Of a DNA stretch of 50,472 nucleotides, positions 17,631 through 27,679 are shown piece after piece. The notes beneath the pieces are model-generated. The model did no database searches and had not been told where the DNA came from. It was given only the letters and a program-made list of their open reading frames with translations. A program made the position numbers and the translations under genes. Each line of letters starts with the position of its first letter. Position 1 is the stretch's first letter. This stretch comes from a virus (Duplodnaviria > Caudoviricetes), in the IMG/VR virus record IMGVR_UViG_3300038406_000147, positions 1 through 50,472 of that record; one strand, given 5' to 3'.

Positions 17631-17893
17631 TGCGCCTGCTCCGCCAGCTCCCGCTCAGCCGCCTTCACGGCCATAGCCCGCAGCTCGGCCGCGGTCAGAT
17701 GCGGCAGCCGGGTCAAGCTGACCGGCTGACCGAGGCCGTACACGGTCACGTAGGTACCGACGGTGGTGACGAGCACCCCCACCAACTCCAGTGCCGTGAC
17801 GGCCGTCTCCGGCGGTGCCAGTGCGGCACCCAGCGCGGTCAGGCCGGCGACAGCCGCGCCGCCGATCGCCTTGATCTGTTCCTTGACCTTCAC
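17627..17893 (-). CDS. putative holin
   Basis: KAIGGAAVAGLTAL..; two TMs. Confidence 0.65.
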   Translation of the reverse strand: MKVKEQIKAIGGAAVAGLTALGAALAPPETAVTALELVGVLVTTVGTYVTVYGLGQPVSLTRLPHLTAAELRAMAVKAAERELAEQAQ

Positions 17894-18171
17894 GTCTGCT
17901 TCTCCTCTCGAAGGGCGCGGTTCTGCACCCACAGCCAGCCGAACGCGATCACGTCCAGCGCGCCGAACACCACCGCGTACGCCCAGTCCGGTAGCACCCC
18001 GACAGGCAGCGCCAGCAGTGCCCCGGCCTCAACCAGCCCGACCACCGCGGTGGCCAGCAGCAGCCGACTGACCCAGGTGCGCACGCCCCGCCGGAACAGC
18101 CGGGTGGCGAAGATCAGCCAGAACACCACCAGCAGCGCCAACTCGCCCAGCACCACCTGGACCCAGCTCAT
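17890..18171 (-). CDS. putative holin/membrane protein
   Basis: three TMs; ATGA overlap. Confidence 0.65.
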   Translation of the reverse strand: MSWVQVVLGELALLVVFWLIFATRLFRRGVRTWVSRLLLATAVVGLVEAGALLALPVGVLPDWAYAVVFGALDVIAFGWLWVQNRALREEKQT

Positions 18172-18341
18172 GCCCGTCCTCCCCGCAGCGCCTGCTGCAC
18201 CATCTCCTCCAGCGCATCCCGGGTCGCCCGGACCTCCGGCCACTGCCGCTTGGCCGCCTCCAGGCGCCGCTTGGCCGCCTGAACCTCCTGCGCCGCCCGC
18301 GCACCGTTGCTCAGCTCGGAACGCCGACGCTTGCGCCACAT
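18168..18341 (-). CDS. small lysis-module protein
   Basis: MWRKRRR..helical; coupled. Confidence 0.6.
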   Translation of the reverse strand: MWRKRRRSELSNGARAAQEVQAAKRRLEAAKRQWPEVRATRDALEEMVQQALRGGRA

Positions 18342-18580
18342 CACGAGGAGGCCCCGGTCGGCACCGCGCTGATCAAGTGCGCGATCTGTCGGTTGATCTC
18401 GTCGCCCCGCTGTCGTTCCACCATCCACGCCTCCCGCCACATCTTCGCGGTTTGCTGAGCCGATTCCTTGGCCTCTCGATGAGCGGCCACCGCCGAGCGA
18501 TGCAAGACCGTGAAGGTGAAGGCGATGACGCCGGAGACCCCGCCCTGCGTGATCCAGGGGACCAGCTCGGCGAAGTCCAC
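18341..18580 (-). CDS. membrane/coiled-coil lysis-module protein
   Basis: N-terminal TM, follows the endolysin. Confidence 0.65.
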   Translation of the reverse strand: MDFAELVPWITQGGVSGVIAFTFTVLHRSAVAAHREAKESAQQTAKMWREAWMVERQRGDEINRQIAHLISAVPTGASS

Positions 18581-18581
18581 C

Positions 18582-19589
18582 TCAGTCCTGCGCAGCGACT
18601 AGCCGCAGCGTGGCCAGCCCCTCCATGACCGCGGTGCGGACCTGCTCGGCCGGCACGTCGCTCAGGTGCTCCGCGACCAGCCCCGGAAAGACCTCGGTCA
18701 GGGTGGCCAGAAGTGCCGCCCGCTCGGCCGCCCGCTCGGTGCGCTCCCGGGCCGCGGCCTTGTCCAGCTCGGTGCGCAGGGTCGCGGCCACGTCGTCGCC
18801 GGCCACCGCCGCCAGGACGGTGCCCAGCGCTGCCCGTACCTCGGTGCCGGTCGCATCCGCCCACACGTCGGCGGCGAACCGCGCCCTACTGACCGGCGCA
18901 GCGACCATGCCGGCGTAGGCGATGCGGCTCTTGAGCGACCGGTGCCAGCCCTCCGGCACGGTGTCGGTGTCGACCAGTCCACTGTGGGAGTAGTCCCGGT
19001 TGAAATACTCCTGTAGGGCGTCCAGCACGTCTGCCTTGCTCACGTCATCCTCCTCCTGTTCGATCAGCTGCGCCACGGTGGCGCGGAATGCGGTCATGTC
19101 GACCCCGAGCGGATCGGACTTGCCCGACTGGTGTTCCCGGTGCGCCACTGCTCGCCACGCCTCCCAGTCCTCATGCCGGCAGATAGCAGCCACACCCCGC
19201 CGATAGCTGTCGAGCATCGTCGCCGACCACGGCTCGCCGCGGTTGTCGTTCTGCGCCTCAACGCCCAGCAGGTAGCTGTTGCCGTAGCCCTTGTGCGGAC
19301 CTTTGTCGCCGACCAGGACGTGGTTACACCGGCCGGACGCGCCCACCGTCCACTCGCCGGAGCGGGACAGGTACATCTGCGAGATGGGCGCCGGCGCCGA
19401 GCTGCTGCCGGTCACCCACAGCACCCGGGTCTCCCCAGCGTCGGTCGAGATACGGGACCCGGCGGTAGCGTGGCAGATCACCCCGCGAAGAGGCCCCCAA
19501 GTGGCGGAACCGCGCTCACGCCAGCCGGGGTACTCATGGACGATCAAACCGGCGCCGCGGAGCACCTCGGGCAGCCACAGGGTTCGCAT
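18582..19589 (-). CDS. endolysin, N-acetylmuramoyl-L-alanine amidase
   Basis: GWRERG, GVICHATAG, GVEAQN, VAHREH..KSDP Amidase_2 motifs; GGAGG RBS. Confidence 0.9.
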   Translation of the reverse strand: MRTLWLPEVLRGAGLIVHEYPGWRERGSATWGPLRGVICHATAGSRISTDAGETRVLWVTGSSSAPAPISQMYLSRSGEWTVGASGRCNHVLVGDKGPHKGYGNSYLLGVEAQNDNRGEPWSATMLDSYRRGVAAICRHEDWEAWRAVAHREHQSGKSDPLGVDMTAFRATVAQLIEQEEDDVSKADVLDALQEYFNRDYSHSGLVDTDTVPEGWHRSLKSRIAYAGMVAAPVSRARFAADVWADATGTEVRAALGTVLAAVAGDDVAATLRTELDKAAARERTERAAERAALLATLTEVFPGLVAEHLSDVPAEQVRTAVMEGLATLRLVAAQD

Positions 19590-19735
19590 CATGGACCTCC
19601 TCGGGTTGCGATCATGGCGGGGGGAGGTGGATACTCCCGGATGTGGACAACGACTGCTGCAAGCTGGAACCCGGCGCGGTCCCACCGGACGGGCTGTGGA
19701 CACCGCCGTGCGAGCTGGAGTGTGAGTGGGGACTA

Positions 19736-20536
19736 CTAGAAGGCGATGACAGTAATCGCCGGTCTAACCACCATCACTTCGTTGCCTGCGAAGATGGATT
19801 GGTATCGGGCCTCGAACTTGTGCACACCAGGGTTTAGCGGCAGCGGGATGGTCTGACTGACGCTTGATATGGACTCCCACTGCCCTGAGGTAGACCCTCC
19901 AAGTCTGTGCGTCTTTACCAACGCCCTGTTTCCAGGGAGTAGGTCGGGATCAATCGCCGTGGCACCGCTGATTTCTGCCGACATCCTAGCGCCCATGCGC
20001 CCGGTTGGCGTGGTCGCGTGTACGTTATCAATCCACATTTCTGCGTCTAAGATCATCAAAGCAAACCCGGTGACGACGTTTACTCCGGTCAAGATCGCGT
20101 TGAACTCACCGGTGCCGCCATCCGACCAGGATGTGGAGTCCGTAACTGCGGAAGCGCCAGTTGTGTTGTGAATACGGGCGGCGAACACCTGGGCGGAAAT
20201 CTGGTCCGCCAGTGCGGTGTTCATGAATGCAACGGATTCAGCCGCAGCGTTGGTACCGGGACTGATCCACTGACCCAGGATCGCCCAGGAGCCGGCGCCC
20301 CCATCCGGCGCCCAACCGATCAGGGCCACCGTCTGGCCTTTTTGGAAGGTCGAAGCGGCCGGCCCGGCCAGCACGACCAGGTTGGTTAGCACAGTGCCTC
20401 TCCAAAGCACCTTATTCTCAAAGGTGTCCGGGTCCCACGCCAGGAGTACGCCTTGTCCATAGTGGGCACCCGATCCGGCGCCCGCACCTACGTTGGGCGG
20501 GCCGGCGCCGATCGCCACACTGCGGGACACGCTCAT
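19736..20536 (-). CDS. minor tail protein
   Basis: position; GVLLAWDP...WAILG N-terminus; lower-GC 3' half. Confidence 0.7.
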   Translation of the reverse strand: MSVSRSVAIGAGPPNVGAGAGSGAHYGQGVLLAWDPDTFENKVLWRGTVLTNLVVLAGPAASTFQKGQTVALIGWAPDGGAGSWAILGQWISPGTNAAAESVAFMNTALADQISAQVFAARIHNTTGASAVTDSTSWSDGGTGEFNAILTGVNVVTGFALMILDAEMWIDNVHATTPTGRMGARMSAEISGATAIDPDLLPGNRALVKTHRLGGSTSGQWESISSVSQTIPLPLNPGVHKFEARYQSIFAGNEVMVVRPAITVIAF

Positions 20537-21336
20537 ACATACACCTCGACGATCACGATGCCGTCCGCGCCGGGCGTCGAGCCGCGGGCGGGTTGGCTGG
20601 GGCCGTTGTTGCATCCGCCCGACCCGCCGCCGTACAGTCGGCCCGGCGAACCGATCGAATTGGACACCCCGGCCATGGAGGAGCCGGACATGTGGGAGTG
20701 CCCCCCGTAGTTGGCCTGGGTGATGTCGGCGCCAATTCGCCGCCCGTTGCCCCCATCCGACCCGTCTATCAGCAGGTCGCCGGTGCCGCCGGTGCCGCCC
20801 TCGCCACCTGCGGCAGTCTCGTTGGCACTGCCGGCCGGGTCCGACCCGTCACCATGCTGACCACCGTTGGCGACGACCAGCGTGGTCTGGAAGCTGCTGG
20901 CCAACCCGTCGTTGCCGTTGTTGTCCCCGGCCGCCGCTGCTGCCCCGCCCGCCCCGACCGTGACCGGCACGGTGCTGAGCAACTGCGAGGCCAGCAGGAA
21001 CGACTCCGCGTACTCGGCGCCACCGCCGCCGCCGGGGATCGCGCCCTCACCAGCCGCTGTCGCCGCCGCCCCGCCGCACGACCCCCCGCCACCGACACAC
21101 TTGACCCGGACGGCCTTCAGACCGGGAAAGCTGGCCTTGGTGAGCGAACTCGAGCTGGTGAAGTACAGGGTGGTCAGGTAGACGTACCCGGCGCGGATCG
21201 GCTCGATCTCGCCGTCCAGTCCGGACACCGTGCCTTCGATGTCGTCGGCCAGCGTCTTCATGTCCGGGGCGAACGCGGGTGGGGCCTCGCCCTGCGGGGT
21301 CTGCCAACCGTAGATCGGGGTGCTGGCCACGCTCAC
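20533..21336 (-). CDS. glycine-rich minor tail protein
   Basis: TPIYGW..P N-terminus; VGGGG..GGGG..YAE..VTVGAGG..GADGIVIV. Confidence 0.8.
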   Translation of the reverse strand: MSVASTPIYGWQTPQGEAPPAFAPDMKTLADDIEGTVSGLDGEIEPIRAGYVYLTTLYFTSSSSLTKASFPGLKAVRVKCVGGGGSCGGAAATAAGEGAIPGGGGGAEYAESFLLASQLLSTVPVTVGAGGAAAAAGDNNGNDGLASSFQTTLVVANGGQHGDGSDPAGSANETAAGGEGGTGGTGDLLIDGSDGGNGRRIGADITQANYGGHSHMSGSSMAGVSNSIGSPGRLYGGGSGGCNNGPSQPARGSTPGADGIVIVEVYV

Positions 21337-23708
21337 ACCTCCACTTTCAACAGGGTCTGTTCGCGGGTGGTTCCGGTCATGGGCCGGCCACGGAATGGGA
21401 TCGTAACCGCTTGCAGGATGTGCAGCTCGGCGTTCCCGTCCTGGTAGGTGACCTCACCCGGGTCGTACGGGCGGCGCGCGGGGTCGGGGACGGCGCTATA
21501 CTGGATGCTGTAGGCCAGACCGATCCGGCGGCGCAGCAGCTGGGCGGCAGCCGTGGCGGCCTGCTCGGCTTCGTGCAGCAGCGGGGTAGCAAAGCGCTCG
21601 GGCACCTTGCCGTACCGACCACCGAAGTAGGTCGGACTCAACGGGTTGGCGTCGATGGCCACCGCCCGGACCGGCACCCCGTCAGAACCTTCACCGATGG
21701 CCACGATCGCGTTGGGCCGGCCTATCCGGGTCAGCTCGCGGGAGACCTCGACCTGCGTCCCGCCCTTGCCGGCGGCCACCCGCCAGGTCGGGGCGCTGGG
21801 GTCGGGCGCGGTCTCGAACCGGAAGGCGCCCTGGTTGTCCCAGTAGATGATCTTCCCGGCGGCCGTGGCGATGTCCAGCAGCCCCTGGTAGCGGGACCGC
21901 TCCAGGACTACGGTGCGCCCCAGCGGTTGCATGCTGGTGTTGTCGTCGAAGATGATCACCGCGTCGGGGTAGATCTCAGTGATCAACTCCTCGACCACAC
22001 TGCCGATCGTCCGGGTACCGCGTAACTCGCGTGGCTCCAGGAACTCACCCTCAACGATGCCGGCCATCCGGTCCTGGCAGCTGAGTAGGCGGATCGTACC
22101 GTAGGGCGCGACGGCCTGCCGGGGGGTGGTGATCCGGAAATAGCCCATCGGCACCATCAGCGGCCCGGCGCCGCCGAAGTCCACGCCGACCTCTACGAAC
22201 AGCTCGTTGCCGTAGGGAGTAAACAAATCGACCGCGCGCCGGGGCCACAGGCTGCGCCAGGTGGTCTGCGAGAAGCCGACGACATCCACGTTGGCGGTGC
22301 CCCGGATGCGGGCGGTGCCGTCGTAGCGCACGTCGCCGTCAATGACCTCGATCGGTGTGCCGTCCGGGTCGTCGCCGGTTTGGAAGGTGGTCACGACCCG
22401 GGTTGACACCAGCAGCTGGTGGGAGCCGGTCAGCGCGCTGGCCAGCGCGCCCGACCCGAGCGCGGGCGGCGGGTCACCGGCGACAGTGAAGCGATGCTGG
22501 AAGACCGCACTGGTTCCGCGCCACGCGGTGAGGGTGACCACCAGGTGGCTACCGAGGTCCGCGACGGTGATCGTGCCGTACTGCCCGCGGCCGTCCAGGG
22601 TACCGAGGTCGTAGGTCCCACCGGAACCGCTGCCGGGCGTCGAGTCGAGCGAGCCGGCCTGTAGGACCGGGATGTTGCCGGGGGAGGTGGCGCCGGTGTC
22701 CAGGCCCAGCCCGTGGTAGTCGCCGGAAGCGATGCACATCCGGCCCAGGAAGCCGGTCTCGTCGAAGATCCCGACGACCTCGGTCTGCTCGGTCGCGAAG
22801 CTGGCCCAGGAGTCCGCGGCCGTACCCAACCACTGCTGGGGCATGAGCCAGATCAGGAACTTGACATCTAATGTAGACAGCAGAGACTGCATCCACGCCT
22901 TTTGCCCAGCGCCCAGCATGGTCTTGCTGGGACCATCCGGGTCGCCGTTTGCCGAGCCGTAGTAGCGAACATCGGCCCCCATCAGTAGGACCCGACCGAC
23001 CTGCTTGGCGGCGTAGATGGCCCCGTTCGGGTCCACTAAGGTGTAGTGGGACACCCGCTCGGCGTACGCCTGCACCGCGTTCGGGGAGGCCCCGCGCTGG
23101 TTGTTGGCCAGGAAATCGTGATCATCGTAGAGGTACCACGAGCTAAGCGACCGCCACAGTGCGGCCTGCCGGGGCTGGGCCAGGTTGTCGTCGTAGTAGG
23201 CCCGCCGATTAGCCAAAGTGTCCGTGGTGTCGTCCCCGAAGTTCGGGTAACCCCAGTCACCCTCGTTGACGAACATCAGCCAGCCTTCGGCCAGCGCCCG
23301 CTCGCGGATGGTGTCGTAGATGGGGTGGTTGCTGACCTTCCCAGGGTCCAGCTCGCCACCGGCCTCGCCGGGGAAGTCTGGATCCAGCCCGGCGCAGCTG
23401 GAGATGCCGATCGTGAACGTGGCGGGCACACCGAGCGGCGGCAGGGTCAGGAACTGCCCGGTCGGGTCGGTGTCGAGGGTGCCGTTGTCCTCGACCTGCC
23501 AGAAGTGACGGGTTGCCGGGGTCAGGCCGGTGATCAACACCTTGGCCACACCCTGGGCGTCGACCGCCGCCGAGGCTGTGAACACCGGCGCGGTCATGGC
23601 CTCGTCCAGGGCGACCGCCACCCGGACCGGACCACCGCCATCCACTTTGCACGCAAACGTGGCGCCGTCCTCGGTCGGTGCCCCGACCAGCATGCTGACG
23701 ACGCTCAC
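21333..23708 (-). CDS. PhoD-like metallophosphoesterase fused to a minor tail (DUF5047-like) protein
   Basis: SSC, GDWGY, DDHDF, DVRYY, MLGAGQKAW and SGDYH PhoD motifs; C-terminal GDVRYD..RIRGT, PYGNEL, PMGYFRI, SPTYFGGRYGKVP tail motifs. Confidence 0.85.
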   Translation of the reverse strand: MSVVSMLVGAPTEDGATFACKVDGGGPVRVAVALDEAMTAPVFTASAAVDAQGVAKVLITGLTPATRHFWQVEDNGTLDTDPTGQFLTLPPLGVPATFTIGISSCAGLDPDFPGEAGGELDPGKVSNHPIYDTIRERALAEGWLMFVNEGDWGYPNFGDDTTDTLANRRAYYDDNLAQPRQAALWRSLSSWYLYDDHDFLANNQRGASPNAVQAYAERVSHYTLVDPNGAIYAAKQVGRVLLMGADVRYYGSANGDPDGPSKTMLGAGQKAWMQSLLSTLDVKFLIWLMPQQWLGTAADSWASFATEQTEVVGIFDETGFLGRMCIASGDYHGLGLDTGATSPGNIPVLQAGSLDSTPGSGSGGTYDLGTLDGRGQYGTITVADLGSHLVVTLTAWRGTSAVFQHRFTVAGDPPPALGSGALASALTGSHQLLVSTRVVTTFQTGDDPDGTPIEVIDGDVRYDGTARIRGTANVDVVGFSQTTWRSLWPRRAVDLFTPYGNELFVEVGVDFGGAGPLMVPMGYFRITTPRQAVAPYGTIRLLSCQDRMAGIVEGEFLEPRELRGTRTIGSVVEELITEIYPDAVIIFDDNTSMQPLGRTVVLERSRYQGLLDIATAAGKIIYWDNQGAFRFETAPDPSAPTWRVAAGKGGTQVEVSRELTRIGRPNAIVAIGEGSDGVPVRAVAIDANPLSPTYFGGRYGKVPERFATPLLHEAEQAATAAAQLLRRRIGLAYSIQYSAVPDPARRPYDPGEVTYQDGNAELHILQAVTIPFRGRPMTGTTREQTLLKVEV

Positions 23709-23869
23709 GCAGCACCACCCGTAACGTGGTGGTACGCTCGTGAACGTGCCCAAGCCGGCCTCGGCCGGCCAGGCTCCGGTTCGGCGCCTCTGCCGTGAAC
23801 GCGCCAGGCCCCGGCTGTGGCAACAGTGGGACCAAGGCCCGTCGTCAACAAACGGCGGGCCGCTCTCAC
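23705..23869 (-). CDS. possible 54-aa spacer ORF
   Basis: GTGA overlaps at both ends fill the gap between two tail genes. Confidence 0.35.
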   Translation of the reverse strand: MRAARRLLTTGLGPTVATAGAWRVHGRGAEPEPGRPRPAWARSRAYHHVTGGAA

Positions 23870-24447
23870 AGCACCACCAGGTCCTCAGGTGTGGCCATGA
23901 GATTGAGCAGCGCGTTGTTGGTGGCGTTGGCGGCAGCCGCGTTGTTGTACCCGCCGTACAGGTTCAGCAGCGCGTCGTAGGTCATGGTGCCGCCTATGAT
24001 CTCGGGCGCCGGCTGCCGCATGACCTTGCAGCTCAGCTCGAAGGTACGGGTGCCGTCCTCACCCTTGCGGGGGTAGCGGTCCTCGTTGGTCTCATTGAGG
24101 ATGTCCACGTACCCGCCCGGCACCCCGCGATCGGGCGGCACGTGGACGAAGAAGATGTCGCCGGTGGCCAGGATCAGGTCGAAGTCGCGGGCCTGCTCCA
24201 GGGCCTCGACCTCCGAGTCGAATATGTCGCCGGTGATGATCGTCATGCTCCAGCCTCGCGAGCCACGCACGTCACCGCGGGAGACCGGCGCCGAGTTACC
24301 CACGGTGTCGAACACGCTCGACCGACCGGGCCGCCCGACCCCACCCCAGGTCTGCACGTGGACCGGGCGATTCAGGAACGGGTGCTGAACCGACTTCAGC
24401 CAGACCTGGCCAGCCAGTGACGGGGTGATGCTGTCCTGATTGGCCAC
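23866..24447 (-). CDS. minor tail (distal-tail-like) protein
   Basis: position after TMP; VWLKSVQHPFLN motif. Confidence 0.7.
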   Translation of the reverse strand: MANQDSITPSLAGQVWLKSVQHPFLNRPVHVQTWGGVGRPGRSSVFDTVGNSAPVSRGDVRGSRGWSMTIITGDIFDSEVEALEQARDFDLILATGDIFFVHVPPDRGVPGGYVDILNETNEDRYPRKGEDGTRTFELSCKVMRQPAPEIIGGTMTYDALLNLYGGYNNAAAANATNNALLNLMATPEDLVVL

Positions 24448-24448
24448 C

Positions 24449-25336
24449 TCACGCTCCCGGCGGCCAGAAGATGTTCTCCACGATCACAACACCGGCCGCG
24501 CCGGCTGTGGACCCCCGCGCGGTATCACTGGCGCTGTTGGCCGCGCCGGTCGACCCGCCGCCATACCTCTGCCCCACCAGGCCGGTCGACGACAACGTGG
24601 ACGAGTAGCCACCGGCACCGAGCACGGTCCCGCCACCACGTGCCGCCTTGGCCGCGCGACCATTGATCACCGACCCCGGTCCGCCGTCATCACCGTCCAC
24701 GTCGAACTTCTCGGTGGCGGTACCGCCGCCGCCGATGCCGCCGTTGCCACCCGCGGTGAACAGGTTGCCGGAAGAAGCAGCACCAGCGTTACCGGCGCTG
24801 CCAGCGTTCGTGATCAGATGGGCTCCAAACGAGGTAGCAAGCCCGTTGCTACCAGCGGCTCCAGCCGCCGCACCGGCACCCCCGGTGCCCACGGTGACCG
24901 TCTCTGTGGCACCCAGGGCCGAAGCTGGGATGATCGCCTCGGCGTACTCCCCGCCACCCCCGCCGCCACCTTCCGACGCCTCCCCGACCCCGGTAGCGGC
25001 GCAGCCGCCGCCCGACCCGCCGCCGCCGACCTGCCGCACCCGCACCGCGACCAGCCCCAGCGGCTTGGTCCACGTGCCACTGGCCTCGAAAACCTCCATC
25101 AGCGGACCCTCCAGCTCCAAGATCGTCAATCGGTAGAAGTTCTCCACATCGGAGGCGAACTCGTAATCGTCAAGGACCGCGCCGCCTGCCTCGACGACCA
25201 GCGCCTTGCCGCCGCGCACGGTCTGCCAGAACAGCTGGTTGGTGGAACGCTCCACGTGGACCAGACCATTGGGCAGGTCGGTCAGTGTGATCCGGACCCG
25301 ACTGAGGTCGCCCAGGTAGGCCAGCGCGATGGTCAT
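24449..25336 (-). CDS. minor tail protein with glycine-rich domain
   Basis: VRGG..DDYE N-terminus; Gly-rich domain paralogous to 20533-21336. Confidence 0.75.
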   Translation of the reverse strand: MTIALAYLGDLSRVRITLTDLPNGLVHVERSTNQLFWQTVRGGKALVVEAGGAVLDDYEFASDVENFYRLTILELEGPLMEVFEASGTWTKPLGLVAVRVRQVGGGGSGGGCAATGVGEASEGGGGGGGEYAEAIIPASALGATETVTVGTGGAGAAAGAAGSNGLATSFGAHLITNAGSAGNAGAASSGNLFTAGGNGGIGGGGTATEKFDVDGDDGGPGSVINGRAAKAARGGGTVLGAGGYSSTLSSTGLVGQRYGGGSTGAANSASDTARGSTAGAAGVVIVENIFWPPGA

Positions 25337-27426
25337 CGGGCGAACCCTGAGCCGGCCAGCACGTCGCGGGCCAGGTCGTCCCGGTCGTCGTCGATGACCG
25401 TGCGGACCACGCGGACCACCTCGCCTCCCACCTCGATGTGAATCTCGATCGGGCGCCGCGAGCTCCCGCCGCCGCGCGCCGAGCCGGCCGCCAGCTGCGC
25501 CATCCGCTCCAGCGGCACAACCGCGGCGTTGTGCCAGGCGGCGGCCTGCGCAGCGATGTCCAGGCTGCGCTCACGGGGCGCGTTCTTGGCGATGAACGCC
25601 TCGCCCCCGGTGTCCGGTTCCCGGAAGCCGAACAGCGTCCGGTTGCCCGGCGGGAACAGCCGGCTGGTTGACAGGAGACCCTCAGCGGCCATGTAGACGC
25701 CGCCGTACCGGTTACTGATGGTCGAAGCGTTCACCCCGAACTCGTCCACAAGGAACTGATTGACGAACCGGGTCGTGATCGTCACCGTCTTCGACTTCGG
25801 GATGCCCTCAATCTGGCGAATGTAGGCAGCAATCGGCCCGGCCTGTGCGGCCAAGTTGTTCTCGTACTGGGTGCTCCACTCCTTGGGAATCCCAAGGATC
25901 TCATCTGCCAGAGCCTTCGCATCCTCGGCGCTCAGGCCCATCGCAATCCCGACGGCGATCAGCGCCTCCCGGCCCTCCATGAGCTTGGCCGTGGCTGCGT
26001 CGGTGTCGCCGGTGAGCGCGAAGATCGCATCCGCGGAGTCCTGAGCGGACTTAGCTATGGCGTCGAGCGCGGCCTGGTTATCGCGCCCGGCCTCGGTGTT
26101 GATGTCGAGGGTCTTGCCGTGCTCCTCCAAGCTGTCGTCGGCGTCGTCGATCGCCTGCTGGAAGGCCCGCTCGGCGTCCCGGGCGGACAAGGTCCCGCCG
26201 TTGAGCAGGTCCAGAGCGGCGGACAACCCGCCGGCGGCCTCGGCAGCCTTGCCCATCTGCATACCGGCGATCCCGGTTGCGTCGGACACGTTCATCATCG
26301 ACGGCACCACACCGTCCGCGCTGTCCTCAACCTTCCTGAAGACATTCTCCACACCCTCCAGTTTGGAGCCTTTAGCGGTGAAGATGTCTATCAGATCAGG
26401 CCCCCCGAAGGGCTTGCTCAACAGGCTGAGCAGCGGGCCGCCCGCGAAGAACCGGGCAACATCGCTGTCAGTCATGAATGCCTTGATGCCCGAGAAGAAG
26501 TTGAAGATCTTGCTGCCGACCGCAATTGCATGGCCCAGGAAGATCACCAGATCTCCGATCACGTCCAGCGCTCCGCCGAACGCCTCCGCGATCTCGGGTC
26601 CATTGTCAATCAAGATGTTGACGAACCGGGCCGCGTCCTCGGCCAGTCCGGGAAGGTGCTCCCCGATCTCAATCAAGGTCGGCACCAGGTCCTCGATGTT
26701 CGGCGCGATCCCTTCGGCGAACCTACCGGCAGCGTCCAGCAGCGAGTCGGTCAACGGGCCGATCGCGGGCGCGATCGACGTGAACATCTCCTGGAGCTGC
26801 GGAGCTATCCGCTTGGCGAAAGCGCTGCTCACCTGGTCGGCAGCCCGGGTGACTGGTTCGACCAGCCCGAGCGCACTATCCTGAAAGGACTCCTTGATGA
26901 CCTGACCGGTGTTTATCCAGGCGTCTTTCGTCTGCTGGGCCGCGGCGGCTCCGAGCGCGCCCAGACCGATGATGGCGCCGCCGACCAGCGCGAGCCCGGC
27001 ACCGCCGAGGATGGCTGAGGCGAAGGCGCCCAGGAAGATGACACCCAGGGCGGCACCAGCCAGACCCACCGGCGAGGCCAGGAAGCCCGGGATGCCGGTG
27101 CGCAACGCACTAAGAATTGCGTGGTTGGGCTTGAACCCGTCCCGGCCGAACGCTACCCAGAAGCTGAAGGCGGCCCGGCGCCCGGCGTTCTCCCCTACGA
27201 AGTCGCCCATGTCCCGGACAAGGCGGGAGCGGACCCGAACCTGGCCCGGGTGGGACGCCTTCTGGAAGTGGGTCCACAGGTCGCGGCCTATCCGGTCGCC
27301 CATGGCCCGGGAGAAGTGGTCGCCGCTCTGGTCGCCGGCGCGGCGGGCAGCGCCGCGGATCTGGTTGCGGTCTACCTCGCCGTGGATCTCTACGTATCCA
27401 TCGGCGATCTTGAAGCCGTTAGCCAC
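25333..27426 (-). CDS. tape measure protein (about 697 aa)
   Basis: GFKIADGYVEI start; Ala/Gly-rich helical; LDINTEAGRDN; EPDTGGEAFI. Confidence 0.88.
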   Translation of the reverse strand: MANGFKIADGYVEIHGEVDRNQIRGAARRAGDQSGDHFSRAMGDRIGRDLWTHFQKASHPGQVRVRSRLVRDMGDFVGENAGRRAAFSFWVAFGRDGFKPNHAILSALRTGIPGFLASPVGLAGAALGVIFLGAFASAILGGAGLALVGGAIIGLGALGAAAAQQTKDAWINTGQVIKESFQDSALGLVEPVTRAADQVSSAFAKRIAPQLQEMFTSIAPAIGPLTDSLLDAAGRFAEGIAPNIEDLVPTLIEIGEHLPGLAEDAARFVNILIDNGPEIAEAFGGALDVIGDLVIFLGHAIAVGSKIFNFFSGIKAFMTDSDVARFFAGGPLLSLLSKPFGGPDLIDIFTAKGSKLEGVENVFRKVEDSADGVVPSMMNVSDATGIAGMQMGKAAEAAGGLSAALDLLNGGTLSARDAERAFQQAIDDADDSLEEHGKTLDINTEAGRDNQAALDAIAKSAQDSADAIFALTGDTDAATAKLMEGREALIAVGIAMGLSAEDAKALADEILGIPKEWSTQYENNLAAQAGPIAAYIRQIEGIPKSKTVTITTRFVNQFLVDEFGVNASTISNRYGGVYMAAEGLLSTSRLFPPGNRTLFGFREPDTGGEAFIAKNAPRERSLDIAAQAAAWHNAAVVPLERMAQLAAGSARGGGSSRRPIEIHIEVGGEVVRVVRTVIDDDRDDLARDVLAGSGFAR

Positions 27427-27679
27427 CGGCGAGGTCATCCTCAGGCACAGGCGCGGCCTCGAACTCGGACGCAGGCTCAAGACCCAGGAGCGAGTCGACG
27501 ACCTCCACACACTCAGCTGCGAGCGTGATTGTCACGCCGGGCATCTGGCCGCGGCCCTCGACATGGACATCCACACCACCGGTGGTCCCCCACGGCAGCT
27601 CCTGCCCGTCGATCCAGATCCTGATGCCCGTAGACCCGTCCCGGTAGACCTGAATCCTCTGCGCCAGATACGCCATCAC
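27419..27679 (-). CDS. small hypothetical protein between chaperone and TMP
   Basis: coupled ORF. Confidence 0.55.
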   Translation of the reverse strand: MMAYLAQRIQVYRDGSTGIRIWIDGQELPWGTTGGVDVHVEGRGQMPGVTITLAAECVEVVDSLLGLEPASEFEAAPVPEDDLAGG

